Origin: a virus
Virus record (IMG/VR): IMGVR_UViG_3300008448_000012
Location: 32,001 to 96,000 of that record
Length of the DNA stretch: 64,000 nucleotides
Strand: one strand, 5' to 3'
In this document: positions 10,338-22,500 of the stretch, one piece after another
How the letters are laid out: the number at the start of each line of letters is the position of its first letter
How positions within the stretch are numbered: position 1 is the first letter of the stretch
Notes under the pieces: model-generated
Told to the model about the DNA's origin: nothing
Databases searched by the model: none
The model's input: only the letters and a program-made list of their open reading frames with translations
Program-made: the position numbers and the translations under genes

Positions 10338-13259
10338 ATGAAAAAAGACATTCTGAAAATTGCTGGTGTTAAGTCCGAGAAGGAATTCTACAAGAAGTTC
10401 CCTACCAAAGAAGCTTTTATGGCTAAACATGGTGGTGCTTTTAAGAAAGCTGCCATGGGTGCTTCTATGGTTAAGAAACAATTGACACAGCTCACTGATT
10501 TTGCAAATCCTCCACAAGCTCAAGTAGGACGCAATATAAATGGTATACCTTCTCAATATCAACTTCAAACATATAATCCTTATTCTGGAAATGTACTAAA
10601 TTCTGCTACATACAATAACCAAACTGGAATGTTTAATTCTAACACAGGTCAGGTAAGTATGGCTGATACGCAAGCTGCTGGATTTAAGAATAGTGGTAAC
10701 AAAACACTTGATAGAACTATAAAAGATTTGAGTGCTAGTGATATACAATCAGGTGTTCAAATGACATCAACCATAGGATCAAATGTGCAAAAAGTAAGTA
10801 ATGCAATTAAACAGAAAAAAGAAGCAAAAAGATTAAATGCTTTAGCTCCTGTTATATTGCAAGCTTCTGGAACAAGACCAGAAGAAACAAGACGTAGGTA
10901 TGTTCGTCCTGAAGATAATCTTGTAAATCCTGGTGAACTAGCTCCTTCTTATGGAACAGGGACAAACTTCCTTGCCAAAGATGGTATGCAAATAGGAGGC
11001 AATCTTACAGAGATTCAAAACATGTACAATCCTGGAGACATATATTCTGATATGGGATATGAACCTCTTAGTGAAAGTGACGTAGTTAAGCAATATAAAA
11101 AAGGTGGATTTATTCCAAAAGCTCAATTAGGTATAATTCAAGAAGCAGTTAATACAGCAGGAGATTTAACTGCTGGGCTTATAAGTATAGGTACCAATAA
11201 ACTTAATAAGCAAAGTGAACAGATTCTTGGTCAAGCTGGTTTTCAATCAGGAATGCAGGACTTACAACAGAATCAATATTCAGGATTTATGGAAGATGGT
11301 GGATGGGTTAGTCATGATTGGCAACCACAGGTTATTGCTAAGTTTGGTGATTATGATCTGAAAGATCTTCTGAAACCTGACCCAACAATGGACACTCTTA
11401 GAACTGGTGGTAGCATCAGGAATAACTATATGGGCTATGATGAGAATATGTCAATGATGCAAATGGGAGGAGAACTCGAAACCCATTGGGGTGGTGAGGC
11501 TGAACCTATTTCATACAATCCATATCTTCCAGATGGTGGAGAAACTGTAATGTTCAGAGGACAATCTCATGAAGAAGCTGATGGTAAAGGAAGAACAGGA
11601 ATAGGTATTACATTTGGTGATAACCCTGTAGAAGTGGAAAGAGGTGAACCTGCTGTAAAGCTTCAGGATGGTGGTAGTGATGAAAGTCTTGTTGTGTTTG
11701 GTGATATGAAGATTCCTTCTTATGGAGTTAGTGAGATTGGTGATGATAAAGCTAAAAGTATGAAATTCAAGCATTACGGTAAACATTTGAGCAAGTTGGA
11801 AGATAAGCAAAATAAAACTATCAATAAATCACTTAGTCTGATTGACTCTATAGATAGCGATAGTCCTTTTGATCTTCTCAAGCTTAACTCAGGAAAAATG
11901 TCATTGGTTGGTGCAGACATGAAGCTTAAGGATTTGGCTATGAAGAAACAAACATTGGCAAATGTTCAGAATGCAATTCTTGATACAGCAGATGAATATG
12001 GTTTGGAAAGTGCTGAGCTTGCTAAGGGTAATATTAAACAAGCCAAGCTTGGTGCTAAATTGAAAACTGCACAATTTGGATTTCAATCAAACACTCCTCC
12101 TTGGCAATCTCCAGAACCTCTTCCTTTCTTTAGAGGTCCAGGTTATGGTATCACTCCTTCAGTTGATGTGAAATCAGCCTCTGCAAAAACAGCTACAAAA
12201 AGCTCAAGTACTAAATCAAGCAGTTCTACAAAAGGTGGTTCTAAAAGTTCAACTAAAGAAGTTTCAACTAAATCACCTGAACCAGTATCTTTAATGCGTA
12301 ACCCTTCAGATAATGCGTATGAGGCATTTACTAAAAGATGGGATGCATATGCACAACCAAAAGCACCATTGATAACAGTACCTTACAAATCAGCTGAAGC
12401 AGAAAAAAGATCTACAGAAGCAATTAAGAAAGAAGGTGAAAAGAAATCAGATAAGTCAACTAGTTCTTCAGAAACTGCTAAGAAAGATAAATTTGATTTG
12501 AATAATCTTTTGGATATGGCTGCTCCATATCTGAGACATATGATTAAGAACCCTTTTGATCCTACTCAAATTATGGCAGAAGCTGCTTCTTTTGCACTGC
12601 TTGATAAAAATGGTGTACAAGCACAAACATTCCAACCACTATTGGAACAAATAACAAGCATATCATTACAAGATCAATTGAATGAAATCCAAGCTGATGT
12701 AAATGCTTCAAAAAGAATGGTTGGAAACAATCCTGCTGCTCTTGCTATGATTGATGCTCAAGCTGCTGCTGCCAAGAATAAAGTTCTGGGAGAGCAATTC
12801 AGAACAAATCAAATGCTTCAAGCAGAGACCAGAAGAAGGAATCTTGGATTGTTGAATGATGCTACATTGAAGAATATGGCTATTCTTGATCAACAATATG
12901 TTAGGGGATCTGAATCTGAGTCTAGAAGAAAAGCACAAGCAATTACAGCACTTAGTTCTATTGCTGATAAGATTGCAAAGAATAAGGCTGAGACACTCCA
13001 AGCCAATGTTATGGCAAATATGTATCCACAATACACATTTGGTCCTAAGGGAAGAATCTATAACACTGGATTGACAAGGTTTAATATTCCTGACGATGTT
13101 GGAGCAGATGAACTTACTGATACTCAGAAAGACCAAATAAGAAAACTGAACGAAAAAATAGTTACTAAATCAGGTACTGGAGAAGTTAAAAGTATTAAAG
13201 AAAAAGAACAGACTAAATCCAGGAATGGTTCTATTGTAAAAGCACTTAAAAACTTCTAA
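10338..13259 (+). CDS. Virion cargo/core protein
   Basis: 973 aa; GQSHEE...VEVERGEP block typical of crAss-like cargo proteins; many xxGG/AQxG motifs; Ser/Lys-rich linker. Confidence 0.6.
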   Translation: MKKDILKIAGVKSEKEFYKKFPTKEAFMAKHGGAFKKAAMGASMVKKQLTQLTDFANPPQAQVGRNINGIPSQYQLQTYNPYSGNVLNSATYNNQTGMFNSNTGQVSMADTQAAGFKNSGNKTLDRTIKDLSASDIQSGVQMTSTIGSNVQKVSNAIKQKKEAKRLNALAPVILQASGTRPEETRRRYVRPEDNLVNPGELAPSYGTGTNFLAKDGMQIGGNLTEIQNMYNPGDIYSDMGYEPLSESDVVKQYKKGGFIPKAQLGIIQEAVNTAGDLTAGLISIGTNKLNKQSEQILGQAGFQSGMQDLQQNQYSGFMEDGGWVSHDWQPQVIAKFGDYDLKDLLKPDPTMDTLRTGGSIRNNYMGYDENMSMMQMGGELETHWGGEAEPISYNPYLPDGGETVMFRGQSHEEADGKGRTGIGITFGDNPVEVERGEPAVKLQDGGSDESLVVFGDMKIPSYGVSEIGDDKAKSMKFKHYGKHLSKLEDKQNKTINKSLSLIDSIDSDSPFDLLKLNSGKMSLVGADMKLKDLAMKKQTLANVQNAILDTADEYGLESAELAKGNIKQAKLGAKLKTAQFGFQSNTPPWQSPEPLPFFRGPGYGITPSVDVKSASAKTATKSSSTKSSSSTKGGSKSSTKEVSTKSPEPVSLMRNPSDNAYEAFTKRWDAYAQPKAPLITVPYKSAEAEKRSTEAIKKEGEKKSDKSTSSSETAKKDKFDLNNLLDMAAPYLRHMIKNPFDPTQIMAEAASFALLDKNGVQAQTFQPLLEQITSISLQDQLNEIQADVNASKRMVGNNPAALAMIDAQAAAAKNKVLGEQFRTNQMLQAETRRRNLGLLNDATLKNMAILDQQYVRGSESESRRKAQAITALSSIADKIAKNKAETLQANVMANMYPQYTFGPKGRIYNTGLTRFNIPDDVGADELTDTQKDQIRKLNEKIVTKSGTGEVKSIKEKEQTKSRNGSIVKALKNF

Positions 13260-13300
13260 CTCATTCAGTTATACCAACTTACCAAGTTTCGTTAGGATGT

Positions 13301-13332
13301 CTTGGTTATTATAATATTTTAAATTACATTTG
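13301..13332 (+). promoter_or_regulatory. Bacteroidota sigmaA-type promoter
   Basis: CTTG-N20-TACATTTG (-33/-7 consensus TTTG...TAnnTTTG). Confidence 0.65.
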
Positions 13333-13347
13333 CTAACTTAATCTATC

Positions 13348-13965
13348 ATGGCTTCATTTACAGGAATAATTTATCTCACTATTAACCAAATAAACGGAAA
13401 AGTTTATGTTGGACAAACTGGTGTTGATAGTAGTTCCTATATAGGAAGTGGTAAAGCAATGTTAAAAGCTATTAAAAAGTACGGAAAGTCAAACTTCATT
13501 AAAACAATACTTAGAGATAGCATAAAATCTTTAGAAGAATTAAATTTCTGGGAGGATTTTTATATAAGATTATTTGATTCTAGAAATCCAAAAATTGGAT
13601 ATAATATTCGTCCTGGTGGAAAGAATTCTAAATTTAAACACACTCCTGAATCTATTGTAAAAATTAAAAAAAGAAGTAATCAAGAAGATAACAGATTGAG
13701 AATCAGACAAATACAAAAAGTTGCAGCTGATACCAGAAAAGGGACGCATCATTCTAAAGAAGCAAAATTAAGAATAATGTCTACTAAATTTGGGCATGTT
13801 AAAGAAATAGAAATATATAAAAAGGATGGTGAGGTTTTATATACGTGCAATTTTTCAACTGAAGCTTCTGATCTTACTGGAGTAAAAAGAGCAGCAATTG
13901 CCAATAATCTTGCTGGTCTTTCTAAATCCGCAGGAGGATATATTTTTAAATATAAAAACAATTAA
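13348..13965 (+). mobile_element. Free-standing GIY-YIG homing endonuclease
   Basis: GIIY...VYVGQT, YIGSG, GYN, NUMOD3-like HTPES/HSKEAK and C-terminal NUMOD1-like SAGGYIFKY. Confidence 0.9.
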
Positions 13966-13967
13966 CA

Positions 13968-16568
13968 TTGGCAAGCTTTACAGATACCATAATGCAATTT
14001 AACCCCTACGTTCAGCAATTGCCTACAGAGGCAATGGCTCAAGTGGGTATGTATAAACAGCAGAAGTATGAGGAGGGGGTACAAAAAATCCAGTCTGAAA
14101 TCGATAGGGTTGCTGGATTGGATGTTATACGAGATGTTGATAAACAATATCTCCAATCAAAACTTAATGAACTTGGAGGTAAATTAAAAACTGTAGCTGC
14201 TGGTGACTTCTCAAACTTCCAATTGGTCAACTCTGTAGGAGGAATGGCTACGCAGATTGGTAAAGATCAAAATGTTAGAAATGCAGTTTCATCTACAGCT
14301 TGGTATAGAAAGCAGGTTGCTGAAATGGAAAAGGCTATTTCTGAAGGAAAATCTAGTCAATCCAACATTTGGGATTTTAATCAAAGAGCAGATGCTTGGA
14401 AAAACTCAACAGATATCAAACAAGGATTTAGTGGTAGGTATACACCTTACGTAGATGTAAATAAAAAGTTTCTTGATGTATTGAAGACATTAAATCCAAA
14501 TGCCACTCAAGAAGATATTGCTTATGAAATTGATCCTGTCACTGGTAAAGTAGATACTAAGCAGATTGCTGCAGCAATGGCTAGAAAAGGATATGAAGGA
14601 GTTAGTGCTGCAAAAATTGAAAATGCACTGAATGCAACATTGACTCCTGATGATATCAATCAGCTTTCTATAGATGCAAGATATAGGTTTAAAGATTATG
14701 GTGTTCCTGATTTACAAAACTATGCAAAACAACAAGTTAAATCAAGAACAGATAACATAGATACAAAAATTCAAGCTTTAGAAAAGTTTTCAAAGCTAAG
14801 TTCTTCTAGCCCAGAAGATGTAACTACAGCATTACAATCTATACAGGATTTAAAAAACAAGAGAGCAAAAATAGAAAGTGAACTTCCTTCTCAACTTGAA
14901 GCTATTGCAAGAAACCCTGACGGAACAAAGTTCAATATTTATAAAGAAGGATATTTAGATAGTTTTTCAGAAGCATTTTCTTGGGAAAAACAAAAGCTTG
15001 AACTTCTTACAAATCCTGTTCTTGCTGCTGACCATTGGGCAAAAGAATATAAAATAACTCAAGCTAGATTAAATCTTGATGAACGACAGTTTAACTGGAA
15101 ACAGTATGTAGAGGGAGAAGGTCTCAAGATGAGAAGAGAAGAACTTGATTTGGAAGTTGCCAAAACTTATGGAACTGCTGGATTTACAACATATGGAGGT
15201 GAAAGCACTAATGTAAAAAATCCAGTAGTTGCAATGAAGCAAGATGCTAATGCTAAAGATCAAATGGCATTGGATGGAGTTAAACAAATGGCTGTAGGAT
15301 TGTTTGGAAAAGCAACTCCTGAAAATATTGGAGCTATAGAAAGTTCAATTCTTAAATATCAAAATGCAACCACTGATGCTGAAAGAAATGCAATTCCTGT
15401 AGAATGGAGAGAGGTTGCTAATGGTATTATTGAGAACAGAATCAAAGCTAAAAATATAACCAATGCACTTTCTGAATCTGAAAAAAGAGCAATGGCTAAT
15501 CCAGCATTAGCAGGATCTGCTGCTGCAATTGATAATGCTCTTAAATCAAAGAAAGGATTTACTATTACTGTAGGAGGTAAACCTACATATTTTAGCAATA
15601 GAGAAATTCTTGACTATTTAAGCAAAGAAGGACCTAGAGGTATTGCTTCAGGTGGAATTATAACAGGTCCAAACACTGCTGCACAACCAGTAGGAACTCC
15701 TATTGATCCAAGTACACTAAGTCCCAAAGAAAGAATATTGTACGAAGTAGTGAAAAATAATCGTTATGGTTTGGGAAAAGCCACTGCTGCACAGGGTGCT
15801 ATAAACGGTATACTTAATCAATATACAGATCTTGTAAATCAAGGAAAGAGTTTTAAAAATTCAATGGACTCATATGTTTCTCAAGATATGCTCCAAAGAT
15901 CTGGTAAATATATTCCTTCAATTAGTTCTATTTTTGTAGGAGGAGATAAGGAAGATAACCTTGCAAGAAATAGAATGGAATCAATTGTTGGTACAGTGCT
16001 TAGCAGATATGCAAAAGATAAGGGAGGAGCAGAAGGACTGGATGTATCTGGTGCAGCAGCACTTCTTGCTGCAGAAGGTAAAAATGCAATTCAATATCAA
16101 AAAGTTTTGCAAGGGGACAAGGCATATGTAGTTATGAAGAAAGGGAATGATGAATTCATGATTCCTGTAACACCTATGGAAGCTGCACAACTTCCAAAAA
16201 TGAAAGGTGAGCCATCTCCATTGGAAGTTGATATCACTACAACACAACAGTTGAATGGTGGTACAACCAATGCTAGCGGAAATGCTGAAGATTCTTACTT
16301 CCAAAGATTCAATTTTAGTAATGTTAGGAATTTGAATGTTACAGCAGATTTGAAAAGAAATGTTTCCAATCCAGCAATCCAATATATGACTGTTCAATTA
16401 AAAACACCGTCTGGTTGGAAGTCTCTACCACTTACAGACTATCCAATGGATGTAAGTAAAGCAGCTACATTGGTTGGTACGTTTACAGATAACGATATAG
16501 TTCAGTATTTTTTGAATAGTAAGAATGTTCCACAGTCTTGGAAAGACGAAATTAAAACTCTTCGATAA
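13968..16568 (+). CDS. Virion cargo protein upstream of the vRNAP (TTG start)
   Basis: 866 aa; FNPYVQQLP N-terminus; crAss-like cargo position. Confidence 0.65.
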   Translation: MASFTDTIMQFNPYVQQLPTEAMAQVGMYKQQKYEEGVQKIQSEIDRVAGLDVIRDVDKQYLQSKLNELGGKLKTVAAGDFSNFQLVNSVGGMATQIGKDQNVRNAVSSTAWYRKQVAEMEKAISEGKSSQSNIWDFNQRADAWKNSTDIKQGFSGRYTPYVDVNKKFLDVLKTLNPNATQEDIAYEIDPVTGKVDTKQIAAAMARKGYEGVSAAKIENALNATLTPDDINQLSIDARYRFKDYGVPDLQNYAKQQVKSRTDNIDTKIQALEKFSKLSSSSPEDVTTALQSIQDLKNKRAKIESELPSQLEAIARNPDGTKFNIYKEGYLDSFSEAFSWEKQKLELLTNPVLAADHWAKEYKITQARLNLDERQFNWKQYVEGEGLKMRREELDLEVAKTYGTAGFTTYGGESTNVKNPVVAMKQDANAKDQMALDGVKQMAVGLFGKATPENIGAIESSILKYQNATTDAERNAIPVEWREVANGIIENRIKAKNITNALSESEKRAMANPALAGSAAAIDNALKSKKGFTITVGGKPTYFSNREILDYLSKEGPRGIASGGIITGPNTAAQPVGTPIDPSTLSPKERILYEVVKNNRYGLGKATAAQGAINGILNQYTDLVNQGKSFKNSMDSYVSQDMLQRSGKYIPSISSIFVGGDKEDNLARNRMESIVGTVLSRYAKDKGGAEGLDVSGAAALLAAEGKNAIQYQKVLQGDKAYVVMKKGNDEFMIPVTPMEAAQLPKMKGEPSPLEVDITTTQQLNGGTTNASGNAEDSYFQRFNFSNVRNLNVTADLKRNVSNPAIQYMTVQLKTPSGWKSLPLTDYPMDVSKAATLVGTFTDNDIVQYFLNSKNVPQSWKDEIKTLR

Positions 16569-19500
16569 TGCCAGATTTTGACAAAGATCTCAAACCTCTT
16601 ATAAACAAAGAAGAACTTCCTGAGCTCACACCAAATGTGAAAGCTCCTAATGTTTATCAAGCTTCTGTAGAGAGGCTGTCAAACTATGCCAATTCTGAAA
16701 ATCCATTTGATAAACTTGCACAGGCATCTCGTTCTTCCAAATTTGATCAGAAAGGTGTATTTGTTACTAATGCTGAATTAGAAGCAAATAAAAGATATCG
16801 TACATACAATCCTACAGTGGCAAATCAAGAAGATTATGCTGCTTATGGACAAAGTGTTGCTGATAAGGCAGCAAATGGTTTGTTGAAAGGTGTTAATCTT
16901 GCAGCCACCACAATAGCTGGTGGTTTTGGAATGTTATATGGTGCAGCCAAATCTCCATTTACAGGAAGACTTGCTGACATATGGGATAATGAGGTGATGA
17001 GAGGTTTGGATGATTGGAACACAAAAGTGGACCAGGAATATCTGCCAAACTATTATACAGATGTTGAAAAGAATGCATCATGGTATTCTAGAGACAACTG
17101 GTTCAAAGCAAACTTTTTATTTGATAAGTTAATTAAGAATACTGGATTTGCTGTAGGTGCTATGGTGAGTGGTAACATAGCTAATGCTGGTTTGTTAAGA
17201 GCAGGTGCTGCTCTTGGTAAAGCTGCAATGGCTGGTGCAACAGCAGCTGAAGCATCTCAAGGATTTAAATTGTTTTCGCCTTTGTTGAGAAATACAGCAA
17301 GGGCTTTTAGTGTTGGTAAGAATGTAGAAGCTGCAACTATATTGGAGAAAGAGATTTCATCAATAGCAGATTTGACAGCAAGAACATCAAAGATTGGAGA
17401 GCTCGCTAAAACTACAAACATGTTTGCTGGTTTTAACGATGCTGCAAGAAGAACAGCAATTGCTGCTTATTCCTCTGCTGGAGAAGCTTCATTTGAAGCT
17501 ATGCAAACAGCTAAGGAATTTAGAGAAAAGCTTGTTCAAGAACATATAGACAGAACAGGAGAAGAACCAATTGGTGATGATCTGAAAAGAATCAACGAGC
17601 AAGCTGATAGTGTAGGTAAAACCTCATTCCTTGGAAACCTTGCTGTGCTTAGTATTACAGAATATATGCAACTTCCTAAACTTTTAGGATCTTCATATTC
17701 TTCTAGTAAGCAAGCTGCAAACAGTTTGCTTGGTAAAGTGGACGATATTGCTTACAAAGATGGTGTGTATTCTGCACTTAAACCAACTACAAAGTTTGGT
17801 AAAATATCAAGTAAAATTGCTGGTGTATCCAGATATGTATTTGATCCAAAAGAAGCTGCTCAGGAAGGATTGCAATACGCTCTCCAAGTTGGAACACAAA
17901 ACTATTACAACAAAGCATTTCGTTCCAATAATGCAGATGCATATGTAGATGGTGTTCTTTACGGATTGTTTGGACAAGATGAGTATGGTGAAGGAGTTGG
18001 TGCATTGAATTCAAAAGAAGGTGCTGAGAGCATGGTGCTTGGAGGACTTACAGGAGGATTAATGCAAGCAAGAGGCACTTACATAGAACAAAAAACAGTT
18101 GCAAAAAATACTCAAGCTTTTATAAATCAACTTAATAGCACTCCTGGATTCAAACAATCTTTTGTTGATAGACTTCAGGCTGCCAATAGATCTAATGTAT
18201 TACAAGAGCAACAACAAGATGCTGTTATTCAAGGAGATAAACTTGAAGCAAAAGATCTTGACGCAGACTTGATGCATAATTATCTTTCATCTCGTATCAA
18301 ATATGGTAGGTTTGATATGGTGATGGATGACATCAATGATTTGAAAATGAACGCTTCCACAAAGGAAGGGTTGAGTGAGCTTAAGCAACAAGGACTTGCT
18401 AATGTAAATGATACAATTGAATCTTATAGAGAGAGGCTGACAAATTTTGAGAAGGTGGCTAATTATACAAATGAATTGTATAAGTCCATAGATCTCAGAT
18501 ATTCTGGTGTAATGAATGAAGATAAGACCAGAAAGTATTCTCCACAGGTTATAGATAAAATGGTTTATGCTGCTTCAAAGATAGCAAACTATGACTTGCG
18601 TATTCCTCAAGTAGAGTCTCCTTTGTCACAAGCTGGAGTAACCACTTTTGATGTTCTTGAAGGAATTATAAAGAACAACAAAGAAAACAAAGAAGCTACA
18701 GCACAAGCTCTAGATGTTATAAATAATCTTAATGTCACTTCAGATATCAAAGACGAACTTAAAACAAATTTGTCTGATATTATTGAATTGTCCCTTCGTA
18801 GAAAAAAGTTCATGGAGGAATATGACGACATTAAAGATAATCCTTCCAAATATGAAGTGATTGATTACGGTGAACTTGGTGCTCTTGAAGAACCAGGAAC
18901 AGTTTCAATCAAACAAGAAGTTCCTGAATCTGAAGAAGAAGGAGCTAAAAAGAAAGTTGTAGATAAGGAAATTGAAGTTGGTAAAGAATACTCTCTGAGA
19001 CAACCTGTAAGAAGAGAAGGTAATAGATTACAATTTGCTCCTAAGGTTGGTGTATTATCCAAAACTCTTGGTGGAGAATATGAAGTTAAACTTCCTAATG
19101 GTAATGTTACATTCTTTACTCCTGAACAGTTTAAAGATTATGAAGTTTCAGATGTAAACCCTGCTTCTCCAAAAATTGCTGAAATTCTTGACAAGGCTAT
19201 TGATTCTGTTCTTGGTAGAAAAAAGTATGAATCAATTGAGAAGCCTACAGAAGATAAACTTGACTACATCAACAATCTTGATAACAAAGAATTGATTGAT
19301 GATATTGAACAGGAGTTCAATGAAAAGGCTGAAGAATATCTTAAAGAGTTGGCTAGTGAAGTGGCTAGAGTTGAGAGGTTGATGAACAACTCTGAACAAC
19401 TTAAAAAGACACAAGAAGATATTGAAAAGCTTTCTGGAGACAATCCTACAAATGATGATGAGTCTGACATTGAGTTAAGTGAGAACTTCTGGGAGGACAT

Positions 19501-22500
19501 GAAGAAGTCAGCTATACGATTGTTCAAGTCTACAATAAATGCTTCAGAAGATTGGGAAAAAGGTCCTCTTGCTCCACACATCACTCGTTTCATTGAGTTC
19601 ACTAATAAAGCAAAAGACTTTACAAACAGGTCAAAGCTTAAGGTTATTCTTGTAACTTCAGCATCTCAGAAAGCACTTGGTCTTGATGGTCTTGCTCAAA
19701 TGTCATTTGAAGCAGGTGGAGATAAATCTCTTCTTGTTGGTAAAGAAGAATTTGATAAGCTTGATGACAACAAGAAGAAAGAAGTTATTACAAATGGTTT
19801 TGTAGGTGCTGTTGTTGTTGAGATGGACAAGAACGGAAATATGTTCTTTGTCAACAAGAATGGAGAACGCATCAAATCTCCTGAAGGCAATGATATCAAG
19901 GTGACAGAACAGGCTCCTATTAATGATGTTGTTTTTTCAACAATGCCTGCTGTAAACCTTTACTATTCAAATGATGAGAAGAGTCCTAGATATAGGAGTG
20001 GTGAGAAAGAAGAAGCTGCAAATTATGCTGCTGCATGGGAGGTTTATCGTAAAGGTCTTTTTGAAGGAAATCCTAAATCTGCTACAATATTTGACTTTGG
20101 TATATCCAAAGGAATTCCTGTAATAAACAAAGAAGCTCGTGAGAAAAACTTTGTAGGAAATACACTTATTGATAATGATAAGCTTGCCACTCAAAACCTT
20201 ATAGTTGTATCTACAAAAGGTGCAATTGCTCATGAGGATGGTAATAACTACAGGTTTGCAAATGGAAGACCTGTATTTAAGAATGCTGATGATTTGGCAT
20301 ATCTTAACAACAATAGGTTTTCAAAAAATAAAGCTAAGGCAATATTTTCTGTTATCAAGAAATGGTCTGATGAAATCAACCAACAGATTGTTGATAACAA
20401 GAACATTGTTGTAAATGAAAACTATTCGAAGTTTCTTCAGAACGTTCTTTATTGGAACTCTAAACCTGGAGCACTTCCTAGTGCAAATAAAATTTATTTA
20501 GATACTAACACAGGTCTTCTCCATGTTGGTACTAAAATAGATGGTGAGATTAGAGAAAACACATATGATTTTGCCAACATAGGAAAATATGAAAATGAGG
20601 TTATAAATGATTTGACAAATGCCTACCACAATGTTAATAACAAAACATTGGAGTTAGGACTTGCTGAACCATTTTTGGAATTCTATCTGGATGAGAATGG
20701 TGATCTTAAAGAAAGAACTTGGACCAACTATCAATCATATTTGCTGTCTAATGTAAATCCTGATGGTAGCAATCGTTTGATTGAGGATGCTCCTTTGTTT
20801 ACAAATATCTCCAAACCAACAGAAAGTGTTCCATATCCATTCAAACAGAAATATCTCTATCTGCAAGGAATGGATCTTCCTGTTGAGGAAGTAAAACCTA
20901 AGGAAGATGAAAAGAAAGGAGACCCTACTCCTGCAGCTCCTTCAAATAAGATTGGAGAATATTTTGTAGATGGCAAAACAGTTAATAAATACAATATTGC
21001 CAGTATCAAAAAGGATGTAGAGCTCACTATAGATATAGATGAGAATGGTGAACCTAATGTAACACTTATATCAAGTGAAGGAAATAAAGACGCAATAGAT
21101 ACAATCCTTAAGCCAGAAAACGCAGCTCTTAAAAATACACTCATAGGAGTTCTGAAAAACAGTAAGGATGCTGATGGGAATTCTTTATTTGAGGCTGATA
21201 AACCTGATGACTATCTTATTGGAAAGGCTATTTCATATAGCATCAAGTCTAAAGTGGTACAGATTAGTAAGGAACAAAAACCAGAACCTTCAACATCAAA
21301 CACACCACCACCTCCTCCTCCACCACCACCTCCTGTTACTCCAAAATTAACTAGGAAAGAAGAAATACTAAATAAGTTAAAAAGTATAAGAGGAAATAGT
21401 TTAGGATTTTCTAGTAGAACAACTCCTGGAACAACTAAGTGGACTGAAGATGGAACTAAGGTGACATTCAATAGTAGTAACAGAGATAAGTATAATAGGG
21501 GTAATGAGATATTTACAATAAATGATAAGACTACAATATCTGTAGATTATAACCAAAGACCTTCAAATGGTTTTAGGGGCATGGAGGAACTTCCTTTTAA
21601 TGCTTATTATTCTGAAAATCCAAAAGCTCTTCTTGATGAATTAGCTGCTTTAGAAAAAGAAGAAGAAGTTAAACCTACTGTAGTAGAAGTTACACCTGCT
21701 GAAGAGACTAAACCTGAGACACAAGCTCCAGTTGATTTTAGTTATATAGATGATTCTGACGATAGCACTGTTTATAAAAGAGTGGGAGTTGATACAGAAG
21801 CTGAACCTATGTCAGAAGCTGAAGTGGAATTCTTTAAGGATTTTGTTGGTAAAAAAGTTCCTGGTATTCCATATGAATTTATGGACAACCTCATTAGAAC
21901 ATATGATAATGAAGATGCATATGGTTCTTTTGAAAAGGGGATGATGAAGATATATAAGAAAGCAGCTAAGGGTACAGCATTCCATGAATTGATGGAAGGC
22001 GTATGGATGGGCTTTCTTTCTCCAGAAAGAAGAAGAGCAATTCTGGATGAGTTCAAATCCAAGAAAGGAAGTTTTGTAGACAGAGCTTCTGGACGAAAGA
22101 TTGATTATAATGAGGCTACAGATCAGGAAGCAAAGGAAAGAATCATGGATGACTTTGCTGAATTCATGGATGGAAAGATTCCTGCTAAGTCTGTATCTGA
22201 AAAAATATTGCAATGGTTTAAGGCAATTCTTGATTACATCAAAGCTATTGTAAACAAAGGATCTTTAAAGGATGAATTGTTTAGAGAAGTGTATAGAGGT
22301 AAATTCAAGAATGCAGTGTTTCCACAAGAGAAAATGGGAGCTGCTGCTGAGTATAGAGAAGTTGAAGGATTGAACCAACAACAAGTTAATGACTTTGTAC
22401 AAGACATCACTGCAAGAGTATTCCAAATAGTATTTAAGACAAAACGTTCTTTGTTCAATCCTGAAGAGATTACATCCAAACAAATATTTGATGATGTAAA

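Noticed and set aside
13348-13967. Group I intron or intein explanation for the GIY-YIG insertions (also 44781-45466)
   Set aside because: The inserts are entirely ORF with their own stop codons, leaving no room for a ribozyme core, and lack intein C/S...HN termini
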